IMG/VR virus record: IMGVR_UViG_3300036802_000085
Span: 1 to 24,464 of that record
Length of the DNA stretch: 24,464 nt
Reading direction: 5' to 3' (one strand)
Origin: a virus
Taxonomy: Duplodnaviria > Caudoviricetes
The notes beneath the pieces are model-generated. The model did no database searches and was not told the DNA's origin. It worked only from the letters and a program-made list of their open reading frames with translations. Position 1 is the first letter of the stretch, and each line of letters starts with the position of its first letter. Below, in pieces: positions 17,828 through 24,412 of this stretch. A program made the translations under genes and the position numbers.

Positions 17828-18691
17828 ATGGCAATTAATTTATGGAAATTAGGTGGACAGCCAACAAGTTATTTTCAATTGCCTATTAGTTATGTTAATT
17901 TTGTTACTATCAAACCATTTACCGATTATGTAATGAAGATAAAAGCTAGGTCTGCACTAAGTTCTCCATTGAGTTTAGGTGCCGACTTTAATGTTGATTT
18001 AGTTGTTGACGGTGTTTCAGGCATAAAAAATATTTCTTTATCTCAATCATTGCAAATATTTACTTTTACTATAAACACAAAAAGAACTCAAAGATTGTAT
18101 TTATTGGATAAAAATAGTATTGGTGATATATTTATTGATTCTGTTGAATTGGTTGAAAAACCTTTGCAAAAACTTACACTTAACGGTATTGATGGTTTTT
18201 TAAGTGGTAAGTGGAATTTAAACTCTAATGCAAAAGTGATTGATGACGAAATATTGGAATTGAATGCAACAGCAGGATATCAATCATCTCTTTTAGATTT
18301 ACCTTTTGATGGAAACGTTACTTATTCAATTTCACTTACATCTATTGTTGGTACACAAAGAATTGATGTTCAGTGTTTAAACTCTGTTGGAGCAATTATT
18401 GCCACACACGTATTAACTGTAACTCTGTTTAATACTTTTATAAGTCCTGTTGGTACAACTAAGTTACGCATTAATATTGGAAGTGGTGGTATTGGTAAAT
18501 TCACCTTCAAACGTCCAATGCTTAATCTAGGTTCTATTCCTATACCATACGAGAAAAAACGTGGTGACAGAATGGTAATGCCAGTACCTAAAGGAGATGG
18601 TAGTTATCAAGTAAATAAAAAACCGAAACATGCAATTCGAACACCAAAACGAGTTTTAAGTAAAAAACGATTACTTGAATCCAAACGCTAA
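17828..18691 (+). CDS. Hypothetical protein with two predicted carbohydrate-binding-like beta-sandwich domains and a basic tail
   Basis: RBS GAGGAGG; IKPFTDYVMKIKARS...IFIDSVELVE and TFISPVGTTKLRI...RPMLNLG patterns; AT-rich. Confidence 0.65.
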   Translation: MAINLWKLGGQPTSYFQLPISYVNFVTIKPFTDYVMKIKARSALSSPLSLGADFNVDLVVDGVSGIKNISLSQSLQIFTFTINTKRTQRLYLLDKNSIGDIFIDSVELVEKPLQKLTLNGIDGFLSGKWNLNSNAKVIDDEILELNATAGYQSSLLDLPFDGNVTYSISLTSIVGTQRIDVQCLNSVGAIIATHVLTVTLFNTFISPVGTTKLRINIGSGGIGKFTFKRPMLNLGSIPIPYEKKRGDRMVMPVPKGDGSYQVNKKPKHAIRTPKRVLSKKRLLESKR

Positions 18692-18799
18692 TCTCACTAA
18701 CGGCGTTCGTTTGTTGTATAAGGATTTAGTTTTAGTCCTATTTATTCATAACAATTTCTTGTAAAATAGGGTCAAAAGAATATTGGGGGTTTTTACTAA

Positions 18800-19333
18800 A
18801 TGTCTAATGACCTATTACAGGAAAAAATCGAAAGTTTAAGTAATTCAATTAACCTAATTGATGATACGGTAAAGTTTAATATTGGGACTATGTGGGCCGT
18901 CGTAGTAGTTATATTGACAGCAGGTGCAATCATACTACCAATTTTAGCAAGCACATGGGCAAAATCTACAGCTGAGAAAAAAATAGAACAAATGAAACGA
19001 GATTTAAAAGAACAATTATCAAATGAAATAGAAAAGAAAACACCTAATATCTCTACCATTACAATCACTATTCCAGGAACAGTTCATGGAAAAAATGCAT
19101 TTTGTTTAACTTATAAACATCTTAATGAAAATATTACTCCATCTATCTTCTTACAACTTACAGACAGTAAATATAAATTGGAGTATAGAATAATTAGATC
19201 AGAGAAAAAGATATTAATTATTAATAATGAGCAAGTTTTCTTAGGTGCTGATGTGTTAATTTCAAGTGGTGAATTTATTGATACTTCAATTCATACGAAA
19301 GACGAAGTTAAAGACTTACTAGATAAATATTAA
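18800..19333 (+). CDS. Moron-like membrane protein (single TM helix then coiled coil)
   Basis: TM segment MWAVVVVILTAGAIILPILA; very AT-rich; own leader and terminator; between tail and lysis genes. Confidence 0.75.
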   Translation: MSNDLLQEKIESLSNSINLIDDTVKFNIGTMWAVVVVILTAGAIILPILASTWAKSTAEKKIEQMKRDLKEQLSNEIEKKTPNISTITITIPGTVHGKNAFCLTYKHLNENITPSIFLQLTDSKYKLEYRIIRSEKKILIINNEQVFLGADVLISSGEFIDTSIHTKDEVKDLLDKY

Positions 19334-19335
19334 TT

Positions 19336-19359
19336 AAAGAGCCTTCTAGGGCTCTTTTT
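19336..19359 (+). terminator. Intrinsic terminator after the moron
   Basis: AAAGAGCC-TTCTAG-GGCTCTTT followed by T run. Confidence 0.75.
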
Positions 19360-19384
19360 ATTTTAAAAATAAGGAGAGTGTAAC

Positions 19385-19873
19385 GTGAAAATTAATTTAG
19401 TAGATTTATTTCAAAAAATGATAGTAAATAAGAGTCTTTACTTAGGGGTGGTAACCGGTGCGGTTAGCGCTTTTTTTAATGCCTTGCTTGGGGCTAAAGG
19501 CTTTGCACAAATGCACATGTACATTGCTGCAGCTTTAGCAATAATTGTTGTCCTTGATTACGTTGTAGGTGATAGGCTGGCCAAGAAAAATGATCTATAC
19601 CAAAGCAATATCGGAATCGACGCAGTAATCAGAGACGGGATTATTTTTTTAATTGTGGCAGTTGGGTGGATATTTGACCAGCTATTGGGTACGGGTGCTA
19701 TGGTATTTGCAGTATTGGCTCTTTCATTTTTTTATCATAACTTACAATCATTTGTCGCTAATCTTTACGTCCTTGGTTGGGACAAGTATTTTCCAATGTG
19801 GCTGTTTAAAATCTTAGAGTCTGAGATAAATGCAAAAATTAATAAATATATCGAAAAGGGAGAGGGAAAATAA
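19385..19873 (+). CDS. Holin (phage holin 4_1-like)
   Basis: Several TM segments; VLDYVVG, GIDAVIRD, QSFVANL..LGW..YFP; GTG start with RBS AAGGAG; coupled to endolysin. Confidence 0.85.
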   Translation: MKINLVDLFQKMIVNKSLYLGVVTGAVSAFFNALLGAKGFAQMHMYIAAALAIIVVLDYVVGDRLAKKNDLYQSNIGIDAVIRDGIIFLIVAVGWIFDQLLGTGAMVFAVLALSFFYHNLQSFVANLYVLGWDKYFPMWLFKILESEINAKINKYIEKGEGK

Positions 19874-20856
19874 TGGCTATTGGATTTGATTGTGCATCTA
19901 AATTAAACGCTACGTCTGCAAAAGCATTAAAGGCTGCGGGGTTTGAGTTTGTGGCTCGGTATTTGCCAACAACCGCTTGGAAGGGATTATCGGCAGAGGA
20001 AGCGAATCTAATTAAAGCAGCAGGATTGAAATTGGTATCTATATTTGAAAAGGAAGCTACAAAATTAAGTTATTTTACAAAGGCACAAGGGGTATCGGAT
20101 GCTCAAGAAGCCTATAAGTTAGCAAAAGCAGTCGGTCAGCCGTCAGGAAGCACCATTTATTTTGCCGTAGACTACGAGGCACAACCAGCACATATGGGTG
20201 CAATCATCGAATATTTATCTGGTATTAAACAATGCCTTGTTGATTACAAAGTCGGCTTATATGGCTCGTATGCGGTGATGATGGCAGTTAAAGGTAAAGT
20301 AGATTACTACTGGCAGACTTATGCCTGGTCAAAAGGACAGGTTGCAGACCATATTCACATGCACCAGTACCAAAACGGTGTTAATGTATGCGGCGTTCAA
20401 CTTGATCGGAATGATATTAGACAGTCGCCTGGAGCATGGAATGAATCTTGTAATACTGACGGACCTAAACCAATTATGAAGCTAAAAGCATTGAAAGTCA
20501 CCTCAATACGCAAAGCACCGAGTTTTGATGCGGAATATGTCAGAGACACAATGATCGGTGAACTCTTTGACGGTTATAAACTCCAAGGCGATTGGGTATG
20601 TGTTGGTGGGGATGCTAATGGAGAGTTTTGGATCATTGGAGATAGCAGTAAAAATTTGTCATGGATTGATAACCCTGCATTAAAACAACAAGCAGCTCCT
20701 GCAGCTCCTCAACCTGGTTATCATAAAGTAGTAACTGGTGATACCGTTTCTAAATTGGCCGCAAGATATGGATCCACGATTGCCCAAATTAAAACCTGGA
20801 ATAACCTAGATGACAAGTGCGCCATCTATGCGGGTAAAAGTATCAGAGTAAAATAA
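19873..20856 (+). CDS. Endolysin: DUF1906 (GH25-like) glycoside hydrolase + SH3-like + LysM
   Basis: GFDC, FVARYL, IYFAVDY, GLYGSY, WQTYAWS motifs; C-terminal HKVVTGDTVSKLAARYGSTIAQIKTWNNL LysM. Confidence 0.92.
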   Translation: MAIGFDCASKLNATSAKALKAAGFEFVARYLPTTAWKGLSAEEANLIKAAGLKLVSIFEKEATKLSYFTKAQGVSDAQEAYKLAKAVGQPSGSTIYFAVDYEAQPAHMGAIIEYLSGIKQCLVDYKVGLYGSYAVMMAVKGKVDYYWQTYAWSKGQVADHIHMHQYQNGVNVCGVQLDRNDIRQSPGAWNESCNTDGPKPIMKLKALKVTSIRKAPSFDAEYVRDTMIGELFDGYKLQGDWVCVGGDANGEFWIIGDSSKNLSWIDNPALKQQAAPAAPQPGYHKVVTGDTVSKLAARYGSTIAQIKTWNNLDDKCAIYAGKSIRVK

Positions 20857-20859
20857 AAA

Positions 20860-20891
20860 TAAGCCCCCTTACTCAATGAGTAGGGGGCTTT
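20860..20891. terminator. Bidirectional terminator between lysin and convergent accessory operon
   Basis: AAGCCCCCT-TACTC-AAT-GAGTA-GGGGGCTT stem with T runs available on both strands. Confidence 0.8.
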
Positions 20892-21064
20892 ATCTCTTCT
20901 AATGCTTGTTTTAACTTAAATAAGGCCATTTCCTTTGCTGCTTCCCTGGTTGTCCCATAACAATTACAAACAGTTATGTCTTTTGTGCCTGCAGATGCTA
21001 TAAAATGATCACCATAGTCAAAGATTTTTACTTTAATGCGGTCTCGATTTTTAAATATACTCAT
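20873..21064 (-). CDS. HicB-like small protein (N-terminal domain only)
   Basis: VKIFDYGDHFIASA...VCNCYGTTREAAKEMA resembles the HicB 'y.a...gc.t.G.T.eEA' pattern; ATGA overlap with upstream gene. Confidence 0.55.
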   Translation of the reverse strand: MSIFKNRDRIKVKIFDYGDHFIASAGTKDITVCNCYGTTREAAKEMALFKLKQALEEIKPPTH

Positions 21065-21672
21065 CTATTAAAACCTAAAATTACTGTAGCAAGCGCTAAT
21101 GCAGTTGTTACAATAATACGAGTTTTTTTTGTAAATTGATGGTGCGTCCACATACGATATAACCCAACAGGATAAAAAAATACCAACCAGGCGATAGTTC
21201 CAGTTATTGATCGTGTACCTTTAGCTTTTGCTTGTTTTGTTTGATTAATATTTGGCTCACTAAAAGAGGCACTTAAAAATTTTTCGTAATGCTCTCCGTC
21301 CATTTTTAATAATGATTGATCACCATTAGTAAAATAGATGGCAACCGTTACTTCTTTAGTTGTCACTTCTTTTGTAACTGATTTATTTTTACCTTTAAAT
21401 GTAGCGACCCCTGCACCGGCCCCAATTAATGTCCCGATTCCTGGTGCAATAACCGTTCCGATTGCAGCACCAACCGCGCCCTTTGTGCCAGCTCCAACCA
21501 TACTCTTTTTAGTGTTACCTTTTGTAAAACTTGTAGTGCTGCTATTCTCATTCATGACTTCAAAATGATCGACAGTTACTTTATTAATTTCGATATTCCC
21601 GATGTACATTCTGCCTTTAGCTACTTTGATTTTTTGACCTTGATAATCTCCAGCTATGACTTCGTTGGCCAT
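21061..21672 (-). CDS. Glycine-zipper membrane protein
   Basis: GAGTKGAVGAAIGTVIAPGIGTLIGAGAG zipper; C-terminal WLVFFYPVGLYRMW and IIVTTALALATVILG TM segments; RBS AGGGGG. Confidence 0.85.
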   Translation of the reverse strand: MANEVIAGDYQGQKIKVAKGRMYIGNIEINKVTVDHFEVMNENSSTTSFTKGNTKKSMVGAGTKGAVGAAIGTVIAPGIGTLIGAGAGVATFKGKNKSVTKEVTTKEVTVAIYFTNGDQSLLKMDGEHYEKFLSASFSEPNINQTKQAKAKGTRSITGTIAWLVFFYPVGLYRMWTHHQFTKKTRIIVTTALALATVILGFNR

Positions 21673-21735
21673 TTTATTTCCCCCTGTAGTTTTATATGCA
21701 CCATTAATTACATATTACATAATTTTGGAAAAATA

Positions 21736-21768
21736 AAAAAGCACTTCTTTATTCAGGATGTGCTTTTT
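21736..21768. terminator. Terminator for the leftward HTH operon
   Basis: AAAAAGCAC ... GTGCTTTTT stem with T tract on the minus strand. Confidence 0.7.
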
Positions 21769-21970
21769 CTAATTCTTTTACTTTTTCAGTTATATTCTCA
21801 TTGTCGCATAATACTTTTTCAATCTCGCACTCAAACGGATGTTCATTCTTGATCCATACCCAAAAATCGTAGGCAGCCTGTTCGGGTTGTCTTCGTTTAA
21901 GTGGAAATTCGCCTCGACGCATAACCTTATTATCATTTGTTATATAATCAATTCTGATTAATACGGTCAT
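21749..21970 (-). CDS. Phage hypothetical protein, overlapping the HTH gene
   Basis: 73 aa from ATG 21970 (AAGGT upstream); overlaps the end of the HTH gene. Confidence 0.7.
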   Translation of the reverse strand: MTVLIRIDYITNDNKVMRRGEFPLKRRQPEQAAYDFWVWIKNEHPFECEIEKVLCDNENITEKVKELEKAHPE

Positions 21971-22154
21971 ATAGATCATCTACCTTTTCTAACCTTAAAA
22001 GATCCTTTAAAATGTATGCTTTATCCATTGGGATATAGCTAATCTGTTTTTCATAATTTCGAAGTTGCCTTGTACTAATTTCTAACTTATTTGCGATATA
22101 TTCTTTCTTTAATCCACTTTCCTTTATCATTTCCTCTAATCGGCACCGTAACAT
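21948..22154 (-). CDS. XRE/Cro-like HTH regulator
   Basis: LKKEYIANKLEISTRQLRNYEK HTH; RBS AGGTGA before ATG 22154. Confidence 0.88.
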   Translation of the reverse strand: MLRCRLEEMIKESGLKKEYIANKLEISTRQLRNYEKQISYIPMDKAYILKDLLRLEKVDDLYDRINQN

Positions 22155-22174
22155 CTGCATCACCTATTTATTCA

Positions 22175-22201
22175 ATTCGACAATTCCCCTTATTCTCCTT
22201 T
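22175..22201 (-). promoter_or_regulatory. Candidate sigma-H promoter overlapping a perfect Spo0A box
   Basis: Minus strand AAAGGAGAA-11 nt-GTCGAAT against B. subtilis sigma-H consensus RNAGGAWWW-11/12-RNNGAAT; TGTCGAA at 22182-22176. Confidence 0.55.
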
Positions 22202-22235
22202 ACGAAATATATTTCCGAAAAACAAGCAATTTTAT

Positions 22236-22264
22236 TTCTATATCGGTATTACTACTCATATGAT
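22236..22264 (+). promoter_or_regulatory. Candidate sigma-E/sigma-K promoter
   Basis: TTCTATAT-13 nt-CATATGAT; -10 fits CATAnnnT, -35 imperfect; ~30 nt upstream of the RHH gene. Confidence 0.4.
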
Positions 22265-22296
22265 TTATTATCCAAGCAAGAAGGGAGGTTAATACC

Positions 22297-22494
22297 ATGG
22301 GTAAAGTTGTCAAACCAGTATCACTTAATGACACTAAAGAGGATGACATTAAGATTTTAAAGTTTATCGAAAAAAAGAATTTCAGTGGGTACGTAAAAGA
22401 ACTTATTTTAATGGATATCGAGAGAATAAACCAACCACTTAAAATCGTACACAAGAGCCAAAATGGAGGGATTAAGATTGTGGTAGGTCAGTAA
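22297..22494 (+). CDS. Small ribbon-helix-helix-like DNA-binding protein
   Basis: Strand VVKPVSLN, helix DIKILKFIEKK, helix NFSGYVKELILMDI; RBS AAGGGAGG. Confidence 0.7.
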   Translation: MGKVVKPVSLNDTKEDDIKILKFIEKKNFSGYVKELILMDIERINQPLKIVHKSQNGGIKIVVGQ

Positions 22495-22518
22495 CACCCT
22501 CTCTCCTATCGCAGGCTT

Positions 22519-22562
22519 GTGTAACAGTGTAACACGGTTGACACTGTCAATTGTCATGACAA
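22519..22562. repeat. Tandem repeat/palindrome array
   Basis: GTGTAACA x2 (22519-22534), TTGACA-C-TGTCAA (22538-22550), TTGTCATGACAA (22551-22562). Confidence 0.8.
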
Positions 22563-22583
22563 ATGGAAAGGGGTTTTCGAACT

Positions 22584-22847
22584 TTGATAGAAGAGAAGGG
22601 GTTAGGAGATAAGCGCGTGAATCGAGTAGGAATTTCATTGTCGAATCGATATCATTCGAAGTTAAATAAGCTTGCAGTAGCATGCAGCGTAAAGCCGACA
22701 ACGCTTGCTGGCTTGCTCGTTGAATTGAGCCTGGACAATGCTGATCTCGTGGCAGAGATTCAAAAAGATCGTTGCAAATATGCAGCATACAAAGTAACTC
22801 CTATCGTAACCTATCAGCTATATAACAATAGAAGGGACGATTTATAA
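22584..22847 (+). CDS. Ribbon-helix-helix-like DNA-binding protein
   Basis: RVGISLSNRYHSKLNKLAVACSVKPTTLAGLLVELSL strand-helix-helix pattern; probable TTG start at 22584 behind AAAGGGG (ATG 22563 is the alternative). Confidence 0.7.
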   Translation: MIEEKGLGDKRVNRVGISLSNRYHSKLNKLAVACSVKPTTLAGLLVELSLDNADLVAEIQKDRCKYAAYKVTPIVTYQLYNNRRDDL

Positions 22848-23101
22848 TGGATACGTTCAGCTTCATTGTTGGTGGTATGACTGTGTTGATCGGGTATGTA
22901 TTCATTAGTATGGGAATGGAAGAGAACGACGAAGAAATAGAAACAGAAGAAACAGGTCTAGCAATCAATGGTGTTACAGGGCGGCATGTAATGATGAGCT
23001 GCCAGACGTGCCGGAAATTGAAAAAGCACAAAGAGATTGAAAAGGATTTATATGCTTGCACTAAGTGTAAGCGCCAAACTGACTTAAGAAGGGCTTCTTA
23101 A
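22847..23101 (+). CDS. Membrane-anchored zinc-ribbon protein
   Basis: N-terminal TM FSFIVGGMTVLIGYVFISM, acidic linker, CQTC...CTKC; TAATG coupling and RBS AAGGGA. Confidence 0.78.
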   Translation: MDTFSFIVGGMTVLIGYVFISMGMEENDEEIETEETGLAINGVTGRHVMMSCQTCRKLKKHKEIEKDLYACTKCKRQTDLRRAS

Positions 23102-23266
23102 TTTAATATCGTTTTAAGATATTCTAAGCGGAAGGTTTGCGCAATTTGTGAAAAATTTGTTACGAATGATAAAAAACGACAAAAAGCAACAAAATTCCCA
23201 CGAATTTTATGTTAAAAATTTAGTAATACGAAAGTTTATTTTAAGTGGAAGTTTTTTTTACCTTTT

Positions 23267-23287
23267 TCCTTGCCTATATGGCAAGGA
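23267..23287. promoter_or_regulatory. 21-bp palindrome, possible operator or RNA hairpin
   Basis: TCCTTGCC-TATAT-GGCAAGGA, 29 bp downstream of an XRE gene; no U tract after the stem on either strand. Confidence 0.45.
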
Positions 23288-23315
23288 TCACTCCACGGGA
23301 GAGCGGGTAATCCCA

Positions 23316-23534
23316 CTAACGCCGTGTATCTTCATCAATCCATTCGTAGAAATCTTCTGCATGGCAGTTGAGGATTCGTGCGGCTAAAACAGCATTTTCG
23401 AAGCGCATCTCTCGTTGATCAGTAATCCAGCGCGAAACAGTTGACTCAGCAACACCCATTCGACGCGCGAATTCTGCTTGACTTAAATCTCCAAGCAGCG
23501 AAGATAAACGGCATCTCCCTCTTTGGAGAGCCAT
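23316..23534 (-). CDS. XRE-family HTH regulator
   Basis: LSQAEFARRMGVAESTVSRWIT HTH; RBS TAAGGAGG before ATG 23534. Confidence 0.9.
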   Translation of the reverse strand: MALQRGRCRLSSLLGDLSQAEFARRMGVAESTVSRWITDQREMRFENAVLAARILNCHAEDFYEWIDEDTRR

Positions 23535-23562
23535 TATGTACCTCCTTATCTGGCTATACTGA

Positions 23563-23591
23563 ATTATATATTGGAATACCAAAATTGGGAA
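23563..23591 (-). promoter_or_regulatory. Candidate sigma-A promoter of the XRE gene
   Basis: Minus strand TTCCCA-17 nt-TATAAT; spacer contains the palindrome TTGG-N4-CCAA. Confidence 0.55.
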
Positions 23592-23602
23592 GAGGGGCAT
23601 CG

Positions 23603-23788
23603 ATGATGAAGTTAGAGGTAGATGAAGACTTTTGCTGCAACCAGCCAATGGGAAGAAAAAAAGTGATTGATGTTAATTCGAAAAGAAGCTTATTGGTATT
23701 TATTTGCGATCACTGTAATAGCCATTTTGAAATTAGTGAGAGTGCTGTATTAAATACCGAAGATAAACTAAAAGCGACCTCACCATGA
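23603..23788 (+). CDS. Small cysteine-rich (putative Zn-binding) protein, 61 aa
   Basis: RBS GAGGGG before ATG 23603; FCCNQPM...FICDHC; followed by a terminator. Confidence 0.65.
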   Translation: MMKLEVDEDFCCNQPMGRKKVIDVNSKRSLLVFICDHCNSHFEISESAVLNTEDKLKATSP

Positions 23789-23800
23789 GGCCGCTTTTTT
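23770..23800 (+). terminator. Intrinsic terminator
   Basis: AAAAGCG-ACCTCA-CCA-TGAGG-CCGCTTTTTT. Confidence 0.75.
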
Positions 23801-23868
23801 GTTATGGTTAGGTAATTCCTTTCCATTGCTTGTAGGAAAAACCTTGTTTAATATTTCATTTAATTAAC

Positions 23869-24183
23869 TTAAACAATTCCTCTTAGAGTTCTTTGCTTAT
23901 CCAACCAATTTTCAATTTCCTTTTCAAACAAAAGAAAGTTAGATTTTTCTCCATTCGGTTCTTCAACGACTGCAATCCATTCATCAAATCCATAAGGACT
24001 TCTTATGCATTCACATGTGATCATTACTTTGAAGTCTTTGATTGGAACAGATACTATCCAGACATTTAAAGGTAACTCTGTCCTCTGAACATTTTCTTCG
24101 CCACTTAAGAAATCATTAACAAATGACTGGTACCCCTCTTTTACTTCTTCGTGTTTAAATTGCAACATGTCCATTATTTGCAT
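23869..24183 (-). CDS. Acidic hypothetical protein next to attR
   Basis: RBS GGAGG before ATG 24183; 104 aa. Confidence 0.75.
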   Translation of the reverse strand: MQIMDMLQFKHEEVKEGYQSFVNDFLSGEENVQRTELPLNVWIVSVPIKDFKVMITCECIRSPYGFDEWIAVVEEPNGEKSNFLLFEKEIENWLDKQRTLRGIV

Positions 24184-24212
24184 AGCTTTTTCCTCCAATT
24201 TATTTTTATTTT

Positions 24213-24230
24213 TTTGCCCTTTATTTGCCC
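24213..24230 (+). repeat. Candidate integrase arm-type binding repeats
   Basis: TTTGCCC at 24213-24219 and 24224-24230 (11-bp period), ~110 bp inside the predicted att core. Confidence 0.5.
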
Positions 24231-24335
24231 GTTTTTGTGTGAAACTGTGAGATACTGCGTGATTAGCATTTTATTAAAAATCATGATATATCAAGATTTT
24301 CATCAACTTGTGACACTATATAATAGAAGAAAATA

Positions 24336-24368
24336 ATTAAGTTCGAGATGGAAGGCAGCATAGGGTAA
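24336..24368 (+). pseudogene. sufB: Orphan 3' end of sufB, probable attR core
   Basis: ATT AAG TTC GAG ATG GAA GGC AGC ATA GGG TAA = IKFEMEGSIG*, recognised as the Bacillus SufB C-terminus; upstream sequence does not continue as SufB. Confidence 0.85.
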
Positions 24369-24375
24369 TAGATGG

Positions 24376-24412
24376 AAAATCCGCCTCGCCAAATTTGGTA
24401 GGCGGATTTTTT
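24376..24412 (+). terminator. Intrinsic terminator (probable native suf operon terminator)
   Basis: AAAATCCGCCT ... AGGCGGATTTT TT directly after the sufB stop. Confidence 0.85.

Larger units (their letters stand above)
1..24368 (+). mobile_element. Temperate siphovirus-type prophage (right part; left end outside window), probably integrated in the 3' end of sufB
   Basis: Complete ordered late region (terminase, portal, protease, HK97 capsid, tail, lysis) followed by accessory genes and an orphan sufB 3' end at 24336-24368. Confidence 0.95.

Noticed and set aside
16104-18691. Searched for a diversity-generating retroelement or invertase-driven fibre switch
   Set aside because: No reverse transcriptase, invertase, template/variable repeat pair or inverted fibre cassette seen in the window
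21833-21844. AAAC-GGAT-GTTC, a partial LexA (Cheo) box
   Set aside because: Imperfect and in the middle of a coding region, far from any promoter
22639-22645. Second perfect Spo0A box TGTCGAA
   Set aside because: Inside a CDS; a single 7-mer is expected by chance in 24 kb, so it is not counted as independent support
23148-23387. 79-aa plus-strand ORF
   Set aside because: No convincing RBS, low-complexity AT-rich translation, and it overlaps the XRE gene on the other strand
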